The notes under the pieces are model-generated. The model had not been told where the DNA came from. It saw nothing but the letters and a program-made list of their open reading frames with translations, and did no database searches. 64,000 nucleotides of DNA from contig NC_079170.1 in assembly GCF_947568905.1 (NCBI RefSeq), positions 73,718,001-73,782,000 on the forward strand. Reading direction: 5' to 3'. The translations under genes were made by a program, and so were the position numbers. This stretch comes from Ostrea edulis (taxonomy: Eukaryota). Shown here piece by piece: positions 12,116-24,011 of this stretch (the stretch's first letter is position 1; each line of letters begins with the position of its first letter).

Positions 12116-12255
12116 CTTGAGGTAATTCACTCAAAGCTTGTAACATCTATACATAAATGAAAATCAAATTTGAGGTAATTCACTCAAAGCTTGTAACATC
12201 TATACATTTATACATAAATGAAAATCAAATTTTAGGTTATTCACTTAAAGTTTGT
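12116..12255. repeat. Short tandem duplication (about 52-bp unit, about 2.5 copies)
   Basis: TTGAGGTAATTCACTCAAAGCTTGTAACATCTATACAT...AAATGAAAATCAAAT repeated. Confidence 0.8.
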
Positions 12256-12409
12256 GACATAAATGAACAATCTCAAATTGGAGATATAACTCCATAAACA
12301 CACTAAAACAGCAAATTATTAATATCAATAATGAATTACCAGAAACAAATTAATATAGTTTGCTAAATTGAGAACTTTAACAATTTGAAGATTTACACAC
12401 TTTGATATA

Positions 12410-12525
12410 CCTAGGCACCTGATCCCACCTCTGGTATGTCCAGGGGTCGGTGTTTGCCCAACTATCTATTTTGTATTGCTTATAGGAGTTATGAGATTGA
12501 TCACCGTTTGCTATCTTCACCTTAC
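12410..12525 (+). mobile_element. Penelope-like 3' tail fragment
   Basis: CTAGGCACCTGATCCCACCTCTGGTATGTCCAGGGGTC followed by the tail motif. Confidence 0.75.
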
Positions 12526-12699
12526 ATAAGTGACTGCAGAGGGTTTTACAGACATTTTCCTCTCTGAATTGGAGGGAAGTCGCCGTTTTTAATGTAGCGA
12601 GTTAAAGCAGGGTACAGATTATATTTTGTCAATATAGGTACTGGTATACTATTCTGGATAAATCCACGGTGTTTGATTCAATGATTCATCATATAGCAT

Positions 12700-13428
12700 A
12701 ACAAATTCTCGTACAAAGCAAGATTTATTCAAAAACGTCTACGTGAGAAGAAAAATATCTCTCGGTTTGTCCTGTAAAGCGACATTTAGATATAGGTATC
12801 GACGACGTTTTATCAATTAACAATGCTAATTTTCATTCATATGTCGATTCGATATATCCCTGTGAACTCGAAATAAAAGACACCACAGAGTCACCCACTT
12901 CTGCTTCATACTTAGATATTTTATTGAAAATGGATATTAACAGCAAACTGACAACTCAACTTTATGATAAACGTGGTAATTGCAGCGTGTCCATCGTCAA
13001 CTTCACATATTTATGTAGCAATATTCCATTATCACCTGCACATGATGGTTATCTCTGTCAACTCATTTGATACACAGGAGCTTGTTCTGCCTATGATCAA
13101 ATTTTAAATCGAGGCAGGCTACTGACAAATAAGTTGATAATGTTGGGGTTCCAACAGTCACGTTTAAAGTCAGCATTTCGCACATTTGATGGTCGTTATA
13201 ACGATATAGTTTGCCACATCATATAATAATAATAATAATATACTAGTAGACTATATATTCGAATCAAGTTCATAGACTAATAATAATAATATAGGGCTCG
13301 CGGCGGGTATGACCGGTGGACAGGGGATGCGTACTCGTCCTAGGCACCTGATCCCACCTCTAGTATGTCCATGGGTCCGGTTTTTCCAAGCTCTCTGTTT
13401 TGAATTCTTTATAGGAGTTATAGATCAC
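12700..13428 (+). pseudogene. Penelope-like (Naiad-type) RT C-terminal remnant plus 3' tail
   Basis: Frameshifted translation FIQK...RY-IDDVLSINN...YPCELEIKDTTES..ASYLDILL...TQLYDK..IVNF.YLCSNIPLSPA..QL...LLTNKL...GFQQSRLKSAFR; (AAT)n between RT and tail; RT at the C-terminus directly before the tail. Confidence 0.8.
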
Positions 13429-13429
13429 T

Positions 13430-13529
13430 TAAATCACATGTCATGGGAACATAGACGGGTAAGGTACATGCGTTTTGGGAGATAGTTAATGTCAAACTCA
13501 CAAAGACGTCCAGAAAATTGCAGTGTCTT
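13430..13529 (-). pseudogene. Non-LTR retrotransposon (LINE) RT C-terminal remnant, downstream part
   Basis: Minus strand KTLQFSGRLCEFDINYLPKRMYLTRLCS continues the frame of 21683-22225 once the BEL element and one TSD are removed. Confidence 0.65.
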
Positions 13530-13892
13530 TGTAGTGTAATTACGCCATGTCAATCCGGAATTTTCATACCTGGTTATGTACGGTTTTGTTTTCTATGTAT
13601 ATATTTTCATTTCCGGTATCATTTCCACGAGATTGTAACATAATTCTATTTTCATAGACAGCGGCAACCATGTAAGTTTTATTCTTGAAAATTGTCAGAA
13701 TGATATATTGTAATGTTTATTTCACTATGCAAAGGTTGAATTGTGGAAATTATAAGTAAATGTGTAAATGCTGTTCATTTCATTTTTGAGTGAATACTAT
13801 TTTTAATTTTGCAATGTTATGAATCTTTAGACTGTCTTGAATGAGATAATTTTGAACTTTGGTTTGGGGCATTTTGTTAACTGGACAAAACA
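13530..13892 (+). repeat. BEL 5' LTR (363 bp, internal 277-bp deletion)
   Basis: Matches the 3' LTR except for 6 substitutions and a deletion between two ATTTTGAA motifs. Confidence 0.95.
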
Positions 13893-14152
13893 GTGAAAGA
13901 TGGAACCTGACACTCAAAAGATGACAGAAAAAGGACAAGGTTTGTTTCATGAAGAAGTGGAAAGATATTCAGTAAAACTTGCTCGAATACGCAGGCTCAT
14001 CGATGAAAATATTCTTGTCATTGAACATACGGAAAACGAGGATACCAAGAAACTGACCCAAGATCTCATTAAGAAAAACTTTGCTGAGTATGTGACATTG
14101 CATGAAACTTTTTGTGACTATCTCAAGAGGGTACCTACAGAGGACAGTTTAA

Positions 14153-15110
14153 GGTTGATCGATCCTCTTGTGATGTCATAGGTTTTTGCAAAATCTTTAT
14201 CTATTTGAATTTTGCACATTATTGAAATATATCTTTCAGAGGAACTTTATTCACTGAAGAAAATAAAAAAATTGGTAAAATTTTGATACTGAAAAAGTTT
14301 TAAATTTCCATAGATAATCAATTATCTATAATTTTAAAAATGTTGTCAAGGGCAATAACGCCTATGCTGGAATTTCCTCTACTGCATGTCTATGACACAA
14401 TGCTTTCCCTAATATCCACAATTAATTTTTATTAGAGGGCGAAGCATGTTTTAAAAGGAAAATATATGAAAATAATGAAAAAGTAAACCATACCTATGGA
14501 ACTTGAAAAGTTTGGTAGCAATGGCGTCGAATATTAGCACGTGGACATGTATTCCTCCATTTTGAATCTCGTCTACCCTGGTTCAAACGCTATGTTTGTA
14601 AATTTGCTAAATAACGACGCTGAATACAACGTCACAATGTACTGTTTACATCAATTACGTTATATTTCCAGCGTTCAATATATAGGCGGATCGAATGTCC
14701 AAAAGTAGGATGCTTTGATGAAGCTCTGTTCTCGTGCTAACTTCGGGTTGATTTTTGTCTTGCTTAGGATATAGATACTAATGCCAATACTTTTTGCTTC
14801 GCCCTCAAGCACGGTCACGCCGTAAGACATATTATATCTATGAATTATCAGATTTCTTAAACTGTTGACATTTAAAATTTGTCATTTCAACAAGTTTTTA
14901 TTAATTTTCATCATTCTGTTCAACGAAAATGTGCAATTTTTTTATGTTGATATATACTTCTGTTTTTGTATGTCTGACATCTTTAAAAGGGTGGCAACAT
15001 ACACATTTTCTTTGGTTATTGATTAGATTAAACTATATTGAGTGAAAATTAATACAGTTTTTCCACTTTTAACCATTAATATTGATAAGTCACATGAGGA
15101 TCGACCCACC
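14153..15110. mobile_element. TTAA-flanked Kolobok-like MITE inserted in BEL gag (same family as 681-1241, opposite orientation)
   Basis: TTAA at 14149-14152 and 15111-15114; 21-bp imperfect TIR GGTnnnTCGATCCTCwTGTGA; removing it rejoins gag as TEDSLNELQSQT. Confidence 0.92.
14424..14830. mobile_element. About 400-bp nested element with asymmetric inverted repeats and a 3' hairpin (Helentron/HINE-like)
   Basis: Absent from the 681-1241 family member; GAGGGCGAAGCA (14435) and TGCTTCGCCCTC (14795-14806), then ACGG-TCACG-CCGT. Boundaries approximate. Confidence 0.6.
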
Positions 15111-18100
15111 TTAAATGAGCTACAGTCTCAGACCTCATTTATGACACTGTGCAGTTAAAAGTGAAGGGAGCTCTACACTTACAGGAAGAATCAGTGAAAC
15201 AACTTTTTACTCAAGAAATGGAGAAATCAGTGAAAGTAAAGAAAGTTTCTTCAACACGGACAAGATCAGTAAAATCAACTCGTAAATCTCTGAGATCACA
15301 AACAAGCAGTGCAGCATCAGACCTATATTTACAGCTGAAAATAAAAGCAGGAACAGCAAGAAAAAAATTGGAATATGTTGATAAAGAAAGTGAACTTATA
15401 TGTCAAAGAACGAAGGTGGAGGCAGAGGCCCTAGGCCAACTTTGATAGCCAATTGATTCACATGAAAGCAGAAGAGGACAAAGAAGTTGCTGAAATTAAC
15501 ATGAAGATTCTCGAGGAGGAACTTCAAGATCATAGTGTGGCTAGTGAAAGTGAACAAAGTGACTGGACTACATCGCACACAAACCGGTATGTTGTAAATC
15601 AGAGTGTACATGTTGAGAACAATGAGAAGGAGGCTGACAGAGTAAGACTGTTAACACCTAAACCAGATTTACCCCCTATGCAAACTCCATTTGTAACAAT
15701 GAGACCAACATTATCTAACATGGTCACCCCAACACCTGTTACCCCACCAGACAGTAGACTGAATCCCCGTGCTGAACTCTTTGTTCCAGAGGGGCGGGAG
15801 GGCTGTGTGTCACGATTGAGTATGAGTGATCAGAACAAGACAGTTGAACACAATCGAGCATTTATGGATATGACAACCTTTTTGACTAAGAAAAGTTTCA
15901 TCTTAGAACGAGTGAAACCATTTGCTGGTGACCCTGAGATCTACTTAGCATGGAAATCTACTTTCAAGGAAGTGATGAGTGAAATTGATGCATCTCCATC
16001 TATTGAACTTGACCTCATGATACACAACCTCAAAGGACAGCCATATGAACAAGTGAAGAGTATTAAGAACTCCAATACTAGTGATTCAATTCGTGCAATT
16101 CAAAAAGCATGGGGAAGACTAGATTCATATTATGGCAGTCCAGATCGTATTGCAAAGGCTTTAAAGAGGAAGGTATGGGACATTATTGAGAAATTTGGCT
16201 TTAGCAACAAGCTGGAATATTTTTGTCTTTTAGACACCCTGAATGAAATCAATGCTGTTAAAGACAATCCAAAGTACAGCAAGACTTTGAGCTACTTTGA
16301 CACATCTGATGGAGTAAACCCTGTGTTACGTAAATTTCCAAGAACTTTCAGAACAAATGGTGTGATAAGGCGATCAGCTACAAAAGGAATAATGATGTGG
16401 TGTACCCCGTATTCAGTGTATTTTGTACCTTTGTTCAAGATATGACATACATAATCAATGACCCGGGATTTGATTTTGATGATCCACCACAAGAAAAAAA
16501 ATCGCAGCGACTTGATTCAGCAAGTTATTCGGGATCACGGACAAAATCAAACAAACAGTTTCACAAACAGGCTGTTAATTCCAATAAAACAGCTGTGTCG
16601 GAAGATGACGAAAGAGTGCGCTGTGCACTCTACAACTCATCCCACTCTACTAGTGACTGTAATGCCTTCCGCACAAAGAGTATTGGTGAGAAAAGGGACA
16701 TTTTAAGGAAGCATGGTCAGTGTTTTAAGTGCTGTGATGGAAAACATTTGTCAAAGGACTGTCGTGTGTATGTGAAATGTAACACTTGTGGTAGCAGACA
16801 TCACTACACTGCTATGCATGATAACACATCAAATCAACCCTCTCAGAATCATGGCGGGGAGAAACTGACAAGTGAAACACCGACACTACAACGACAGATA
16901 GCACGGACTGAAACTGCGGCACACGTTAATGCAGCTTGTACAGAAATCTGCGGAAATTTTAGAGGCAAATCGTGTGCTAAGATTGTCCTAGTCAGCATTC
17001 ACCCCCGACTTAGTGAACACCCACCAGTTAAGGTGTACGCCATACTTGATGAACAGAGCAACAAGTCACTAGCTAAACCTGAACTTTTTGAAATATCATA
17101 CAAACTATCTACATGTAGTGGATCCTCAGTAGTGAGTGACAGACGTTCTCATGGCTTCGTTATCAACTCATTGAACAATCAGACTACATTCAATTTACCA
17201 ACTTTGATTGAGTGTGACGCTATTCCTAACAATCGTCATGAAATTCCAACCTGTGATGTGGCCATTCATTATCCTCATCTTACTAATATAGCAGATTTTA
17301 TTCCACCTATTGACAATGCGGCAAACATATCATTACTCATTGGCAGGGATCTCTTGAGTGCACAGCATGTCCTTGAGCAGATAAGAGGCGACCCATCTCA
17401 GCCGTATGCTCAACGTCTATCATTAGGTTGGGTAATTATTGGAGAGACGTGTTTGGATGGAATACACACACCTAAATCTGCTGATGTTATGAAAACTATG
17501 TTGTGTTCGACTTCTGAACAACCATCCATTGGCATTTTGATGCCATACGACCATAACATGCATGTTTCAGAATGTGTTGAAAAACAATCAGTATTTAAGA
17601 GAACCAGTACAGACAATCAACCGTCATTATCTTGTGAAGATAGAGAATTCTTGGCTCATATGGACAGTGATATGAAAAAAGACTCTTCAGGACATTGGAT
17701 TGCTCCCTTACCCTTAAAAAGGACACGACTTATTTTACCAAACAATCGACAGCAAGCATTGGATAGAGCCATTAGCCTGGACAGAAGTTTGATTAAGAAC
17801 TCAACCAAGAAAACTCACTTTCTTGAATTTATGAGGAACTTGTTTGAAGCGGGTCACATTGAGTTAGCACCGCAGCTTCCACCAAACACCGAGTGTTGGT
17901 ACTTACCTCTGTTTGGTGTTTATCACCCCCAGAAGAAAGACAAAATCCGTGGAGATTTTGACTCCTCTGCAAAGTGTGGTGGACTATCACTTAACGATGT
18001 CCTAATGAGCGGACCAGATCTAATGAATAACTTAGTGGGTGTATTACTGAGATTCAGAAGAGAATGTGTAGCAATAGTTGCAGACATAGAACAGATGTTT

Positions 18101-21042
18101 TATAGTTTCCTGGTGGACATTCAACATAGACGTTACTTGAGATTCATTTGGCATAACGACAATTGTTTTGAACAACCTCTGGTGGACTACCAAATGAGAG
18201 TACACGTCTTCGGTAATAGTCCCTCCCCTGCGGTGGCGACTTATGGACTACGTCGTACGGCTGATGTCGCAGAGGCACAGTATGGTTCAGATATGAAAAA
18301 CCTCGTGCATCGTAATTTCTATGTAGATGATGCTCTTTCTTCTCATTCATCGGCAAAAGAGGCAATAGATCTACTTCAACGTACTAAGAAGGCTTTGATA
18401 GACCATGGCTGTTTGCGGGTACACAAGATAGCATCCAACTCTAGTGAAGTTTTATCTGCCTTCGATTCTCAGGACCTGGCTAAAGATTTGAAAGACACAG
18501 AACTGTGGGCGGATGATCTACCAACACAGAGGAGTTTAGGAATCTGTTGGAACCTTTAATATGACAATTTCATATTCAAAGTAAACATGGAGGAGAAACT
18601 ATTTACTAGACGTGGCGTCCTCTCTTCTATCAACAGTTTGTTTGATCCACTTGGATTTGTTGCACCTGTGACAATTGCAGGAAAGAGTATTCTACGTGAA
18701 GCTATGACAAGTGGGTTAGACTGGGATGAACCTTTGCCACATGATTTCCTTCAAAAGTGGACAACATGGAAATCATCCTTGAAAGACTTAGAAAGTTTGC
18801 AAATCCCTCGTACATATATGATGAGGTGTCTGTCAGTAAGGCAAGTTTCACAGAATTACTGATATTCTCAGATGCTTCAACCATGGCCATTGCAGCTGTT
18901 GCGTTTCTCAGACTTGCTTCAGACACAGGGAAGGAGCAACTTGGTTTCGTTATGGGGAAAGCTAAACTGGCACCTAAACATGGACATACTGTTCCAAGAT
19001 TGGAATTGTGTGCGACCGTATTGGCAACAGAACTGTATGAACTTATCTCCTCAGAGATTGATACTAACTTTGACTCGATTCGATTTTTTACAGACAGTAA
19101 GGTAGTCTTGGGCTACATTAGAAATGAAACTAAGCGCTTTTTCACCTACGTGGCCAACCGAGTAGAAAGAATTCGCAAATTTAGTGAACCGAAAGATTGG
19201 AATTATATTCCAACGAAAATAAATCCAGCAGATGAAGGGACCCGATCAGTGGCAGTGAAGGAAATGCAAACCAGTCTCTGGTTGAACGGTCCACATGAAT
19301 TACTAGATAGCAGCAAACATGAACAGTATGACCTTGACATTGATTGTGATCCGGAAGTCAGTTCTTGTAGAACGGATGTACAAAGCATTTGTCAACTAGG
19401 ATGTCATCGCTTTGAAAAAATTTCAGATTGGCAGCGATTGACTCGAGCTATATGTTTCATTCAGAAGATAATGCAAAAGAGAAAAATGATGAAGAGTGAT
19501 GACAACAAAAATCAAACCCCACTCACATTGCAGGGAGCTGGACTTTTTATCATTCATTTGATGCAGGAAGAGGCCTTTGTTGAAGAAATTTCAGCTCTCA
19601 AGACAGGCAGAACTGTAAACCATAGAAATCCTGTTTTCAAATTAGACCCTTACATGGATGAAGCTGGATTCCTCAGAGTAGGAGGCAGACTACGTCATTC
19701 TAATTTGATGCCTCAAGAGAAGAATCCACTGATCATTCCAAAAAAAGAGCCATATTGCCAATTTGCTTGTGGATCACTTTCATCGAGAAGTGAAACATCA
19801 AGGACGCTTATTCACAGAAGGAGCAATTAGAAGTGCAGGATACTGGATAGTAGGATGTCGTCGTCGAGTGAACTCTCATATACAGAAGTGTGTAACTTGT
19901 AGAAAGTTGCGAGGCAAGCAACAACAACCAAAAATGGCCGACATCTTTGAAGCACACCTTCATCCTGGACCCCCTTTTACACATATTGGAGTGGTTGTAT
20001 TTGGACCCTGGTCCATTGTAACTCGAAAAACACGAAGCGGTCAGGCTCAAGCTAAGAGATGGGCAGTAATATTTACTTGTTTGGTGATACGAGCAGTCCA
20101 CATTGAAGTAATAGAGGAATTGAGCACTTCTAGCTTCATCAGTGCATTACGTCGTCTTACAGCCCTTAGAGGTGAAGTACGTACCATTTGCTCAGACCGT
20201 GGCACTAACTTTATAGGAGCCACTTCGGAAATGAATATCAACAAGATTGACATCGACAATGCACAGCTGAAAGACTTCATGACTAGGAAAGAAATTCAGT
20301 GGAAGTTCAACCCCCCACACGCTTCACACATGGGTGGGGCCTGGGAGCGGCTGATAGGTGTCTCTAGGAGGATATTGGATTCTCTGCTCACCGATCCTAA
20401 AGTGACAAGACTTACTCATGAAGTTCTGGTGACCTTCATGGCAGAGGTATGCTCTGTTATCAATGCGCGCCCTCTGAGTGGTATTTCATACGACCCAGAT
20501 TCACCCATTCCTTTGTCACCCGTAACGTTACTTTCCTTGAAAACAAAACGTGTGGTAGACTCTTTCAACTTAGAAGAGTTTACAGCAAAGGATTTGATGA
20601 AGGACCAGTGGCGCTGTGTACAACAACTTTCGAATTGTTTTTGGAAAAGGTGGAAAATGGAATACCTTTCTTCACTCCAACAGCGGATGAAATGGCAACA
20701 GAATGAAAGAAATCTTCAAGTTGGTGATATCGTCCTTCTTCGTGATAAGACCCTTCATCACAATGATTGGCCGATGGGAATTATTGAGAACACATATCCT
20801 AGTGTTGACTCTCGTGTCTGCAAGGTAGATATGTGTTTCGGCTCAGACAGAAAGATTTTCAAACGTCCAGCAACGGAAGTTGTGCTTCTTATATCAAACA
20901 AACAGTAATGTGATTGTGTTCAGATAGGGTTTTGAACTGATTAGCACAGAAATCATTTTATGAGCATATATGTTACAAGTTGGTAGTTCGTTCATAATTT
21001 TGTTTTGAAAATAGTAGTGATATTATCAAATCAGACGGGGAG

Positions 21043-21682
21043 TGTAGTGTAATTACGCCATATCAATCCGGAATTCTCATACCTGGTTATGTACGGTTTT
21101 GTTTTCTATGTATATATTTTCATTTCCGGTATCATATCCACGAGATTGTAACATAATTCTATTTTCATAGACAGCGGCAACCATGTAAGTTTTATTCTTG
21201 AAAATTGTCAGAATGATATATTGTAATGTTTATTTCACTATGCAAAGGTTGAATTGTGGAAATTATAAGTAATTGTGTAAATGCTGTTCATTTCATTTTC
21301 GAGTGAATACTATTTTTAATTTTGCAATGTTATGAATCTTTAGACTGTCTTGAATGAGATAATTTTGAATTTAGTAAATTATTTGTGCATTATGAACAAT
21401 ACAAAACTGATTATCTACTGTTCAGTAATTGATACTATGTATAATATACAATGTTAGGACTCTAAATTATATTTTTGAATGTGTTGATTAATTTGACACA
21501 ATGTTTGTATGTAAATCTGTATTCATTTATTGAAAAGTTACATGAATTACATATTTCTTAGTATTTTTTGGTAGCTTTCACAGAATGTCTCACAATGATG
21601 TCTGTCCCAGACCCTTGGCTGATCAAAAAATGGATTGCATTTTGAACTTTGGTTTGAGGCATTTTGTTAACTGGACAAAACA
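21043..21682 (+). repeat. BEL 3' LTR (640 bp)
   Basis: TGTAGTG...CAAAACA, preceded by the PPT and followed by the TSD. Confidence 0.95.
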
Positions 21683-22225
21683 GTCTTAATGCCAATCCCT
21701 GCAGTAATAGGACAAAGTCCTAATATGCAATCTTACACGTCTGATCTAGTTTGCCGAGGGAGGATAATTAAGTACCTGATATGAAATGTTGAAATGTGTT
21801 GATGTTTTCAACACATTTTCGTCCACAGTTCGCTCCTATGCAATACTGAGGATAATAGAACTTTTCTGTATAGCTTGGAGACAATTATCGAGTTGAGCTG
21901 TGTGGAAGATTTTAGTGCAAAGTAAGTTTGGTGTCCTTTCTTACAAGCATTCAAGTTCTCCTGCTGGGGTCAAATGTGGAGTTCAATAAGATTAACAGGT
22001 GAGTGTCTTCCATTGAAGAGTGAGCATCAGTTTTCCTTAGGTGTTAAATTAATGTGTCCGTATTAAGTTTCTTTTTGGATAAAAATAAGGACATTAGATT
22101 GGATTTGTTTGCATTCCATGTAAAGTAAGCGCAATTCAACAAGTGTTGTCTGCAAGCGTTGGAGTAGTGCTTGGGATGCTAAAACGCCCATTTTTGTGCA
22201 CATATTCTGTATTTCATATCATTGC
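21683..22225 (-). pseudogene. LINE RT C-terminal remnant, upstream part (clade uncertain)
   Basis: Minus-strand fragments such as LYTKIVLPSVLYRSELW, NTFQHF, LPRQTRSDV and GLCPITA resemble post-RT regions of non-LTR elements. Confidence 0.6.
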
Positions 22226-22638
22226 TCCTCACGATGATATTAACAGCTGCGAATGAGAAACTTTAAATGCACTGTGCCACAACATATATAATCAGAAGTG
22301 GTGTGAATCAAATGTGAATTCTAAAAAATGCTAAAGAACTTCATGTAAATTTGAAATCGCAAATCTTTTATAAAAGTAACAACAAAACTTATGCCTTTTC
22401 AACACTTTACACGACCATTCCTCACGATAATTTCTGACATCATAGACAGTTGCTTTTCAAAAATGGAGAAACGAAATATTCCTATCTAGTGATCACTGAT
22501 CCAAAAAAATGATTTTGGTAAACACCACTGTGATTCCACGCACAAGTACTCTGAATTTAAAGAAAACAAATGCCGAAGTTCATCATTGACAATATTTTCG
22601 TAGTCTTTGATGATCAGGTCTTCCATCAGTTTGTTACT
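22226..22638 (+). pseudogene. Penelope-like (Naiad-type) RT fragment, motif A to just before motif B'
   Basis: SGVNQM-ILKNAKEL, FSTLYTTIPHD, IIDSCF..KYSYLVI, KFIIDNIFVVFDDQVFHQFV; the long A-B' spacer is consistent with an insertion-in-fingers domain. Confidence 0.75.
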
Positions 22639-22817
22639 NNNNNNNNNNNNNNNNNNNNNNNNNNNNNNNNNNNNNNNNNNNNNNNNNNNNNNNNNNNNNN
22701 NNNNNNNNNNNNNNNNNNNNNNNNNNNNNNNNNNNNNNNNNNNNNNNNNNNNNNNNNNNNNNNNNNNNNNNNNNNNNNNNNNNNNNNNNNNNNNNNNNNN
22801 NNNNNNNNNNNNNNNNN
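22639..22817. other. Run of 179 N (gap or masked sequence)
   Basis: Direct count; identical flanks to the 145-N run at 51063-51207. Confidence 0.99.
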
Positions 22818-23948
22818 ACCCTACTTTCTTATAGTGTCAGATCTAAAAAGATACAAGGTCAGAAAAGTAATTTATAAAGGCGCTGATTACGCCACGAGCC
22901 TGTTGATTATCTAAATCTCAAATTTGCGACGCAACCCATGTTTTTACCAAGATACATGTATTACATCAACAAAGATCACACACAATTGAGCTTCAGTATC
23001 TCGAACTCCGTACAGTGTATACCAAAATAACCTTCGCTGTCATACGGGGACATCATGCTTTTTATGATGATATGAGATGAGGGCATGTAATTGAAATGTA
23101 ATTATTAAACTGTAATAATTATCGCAATTGCATACTGGTATATGTTTAGACATACCCTTGAATACATATGATTACTTGTAATTAATAATATTCAGTCAAT
23201 TATATAGAAAATAGGAACTAATTATAACTTTATTACAATAACCGACTTTCACTTCTCCATCAATTATCGAAACCAGTGTTGTGGAATTCTCATATACAGT
23301 ACATACCAGATATCGACGTCACCGTGTCCGTTCCCAAAATAACGAGAGGAAATTGGATAGAATTATACTACTGGTGAGGAAATGCAAAACAAAGATTCTC
23401 GGCAGTAAGACATGTTGAGTTGTCGCTCTTTGACCTAAATCTGATAGCATAGACTGAATACCAGGTAGTTTCCAGTGCGTGTTGAACTCAGTCGACAATT
23501 ACAGGGGTAGTTGTACGAAGAAGTGTGTGTATACTTCAAAAAAGAAACAAAGTAGGACGATCTAAAACATCAATTACAAATGCGATTTTCTAATGTAATG
23601 TCCTATGTACGCCAAAAACATAGCTTGCATTATCAAATTCACACACTTTGTAGAAATATTTCGACCGTTTTACCGGTCTTTTTCAGTCGTGTTTTTCTCT
23701 CGTAACAACGTAACGCAAGACTACATACCCGAAAGTACTATGACGTCACAGTAAATACTATAAACGTCAAAGTTGATATTGCGCGAAAAATATTTGAGAA
23801 AGGTAAGAGTCTAATTTTTGTCTTTAATGAGTAATGTCTTATAAGACTTGTATGCAAAGAACGTGTTACAATAACTAATTACAACAATATTGATGTATTT
23901 ACGATTAACCACTTACTGTAATTTTCCTTGTTTGTATTCACTTAGGCC

Positions 23949-23951
<3 letters not shown>

Positions 23952-24006
<55 letters not shown>
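23952..24006. repeat. (AG)n microsatellite
   Basis: About 27 units; about 24 units in the paralogue at 52342-52390. Confidence 0.98.

Positions 24007-24011
<5 letters not shown>

Larger units (their letters stand above)
13900..20908 (+). pseudogene. Disrupted BEL/Pao gag-pol polyprotein
   Basis: Zn knuckles CFKCCDGKHLSKDC, protease AILDEQSN, RT NFYVDD, RNase H FSDAS, integrase HHCC and SDRGTNF. Broken by the MITE, stops (15443, 18557) and frameshifts (about 15140, 16340, 18830, 19746); the first integrase Asp reads Val (GVVVFGPW). Confidence 0.95.
13530..21682 (+). mobile_element. Full-length, inactive BEL/Pao LTR retrotransposon (8153 bp including a nested MITE)
   Basis: TG...CA LTRs at 13530-13892 and 21043-21682; 5-bp TSD GTCTT (13525-13529, 21683-21687); PPT AGACGGGGAG; domain order gag-protease-RT-RNase H-integrase. 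Confidence 0.97.

Noticed and set aside
13292-13428. Hammerhead or HDV-like ribozyme in the Penelope-like tail
   Set aside because: No CUGAnGA/GAAA pair and no consistent nested pseudoknot could be drawn by eye.
13893-13907. Primer-binding site of the BEL element
   Set aside because: GTGAAAGATGG is not a canonical TGG-type PBS; a 7-nt match to a tRNA-Glu anticodon loop is too short to call.
16330-16400. Programmed gag-pol frameshift
   Set aside because: There is no slippery heptamer; a 1-bp loss near 16340 restores a continuous BEL-like frame, and BEL elements usually have one ORF.
16292-20706. Antisense and alternate-frame ORFs inside BEL pol
   Set aside because: They are shadows of the long coding frame with no independent motifs.
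22570-22914. ORFs spanning the N runs
   Set aside because: Their length is an artefact of Ns; only the short RT-like start is real.
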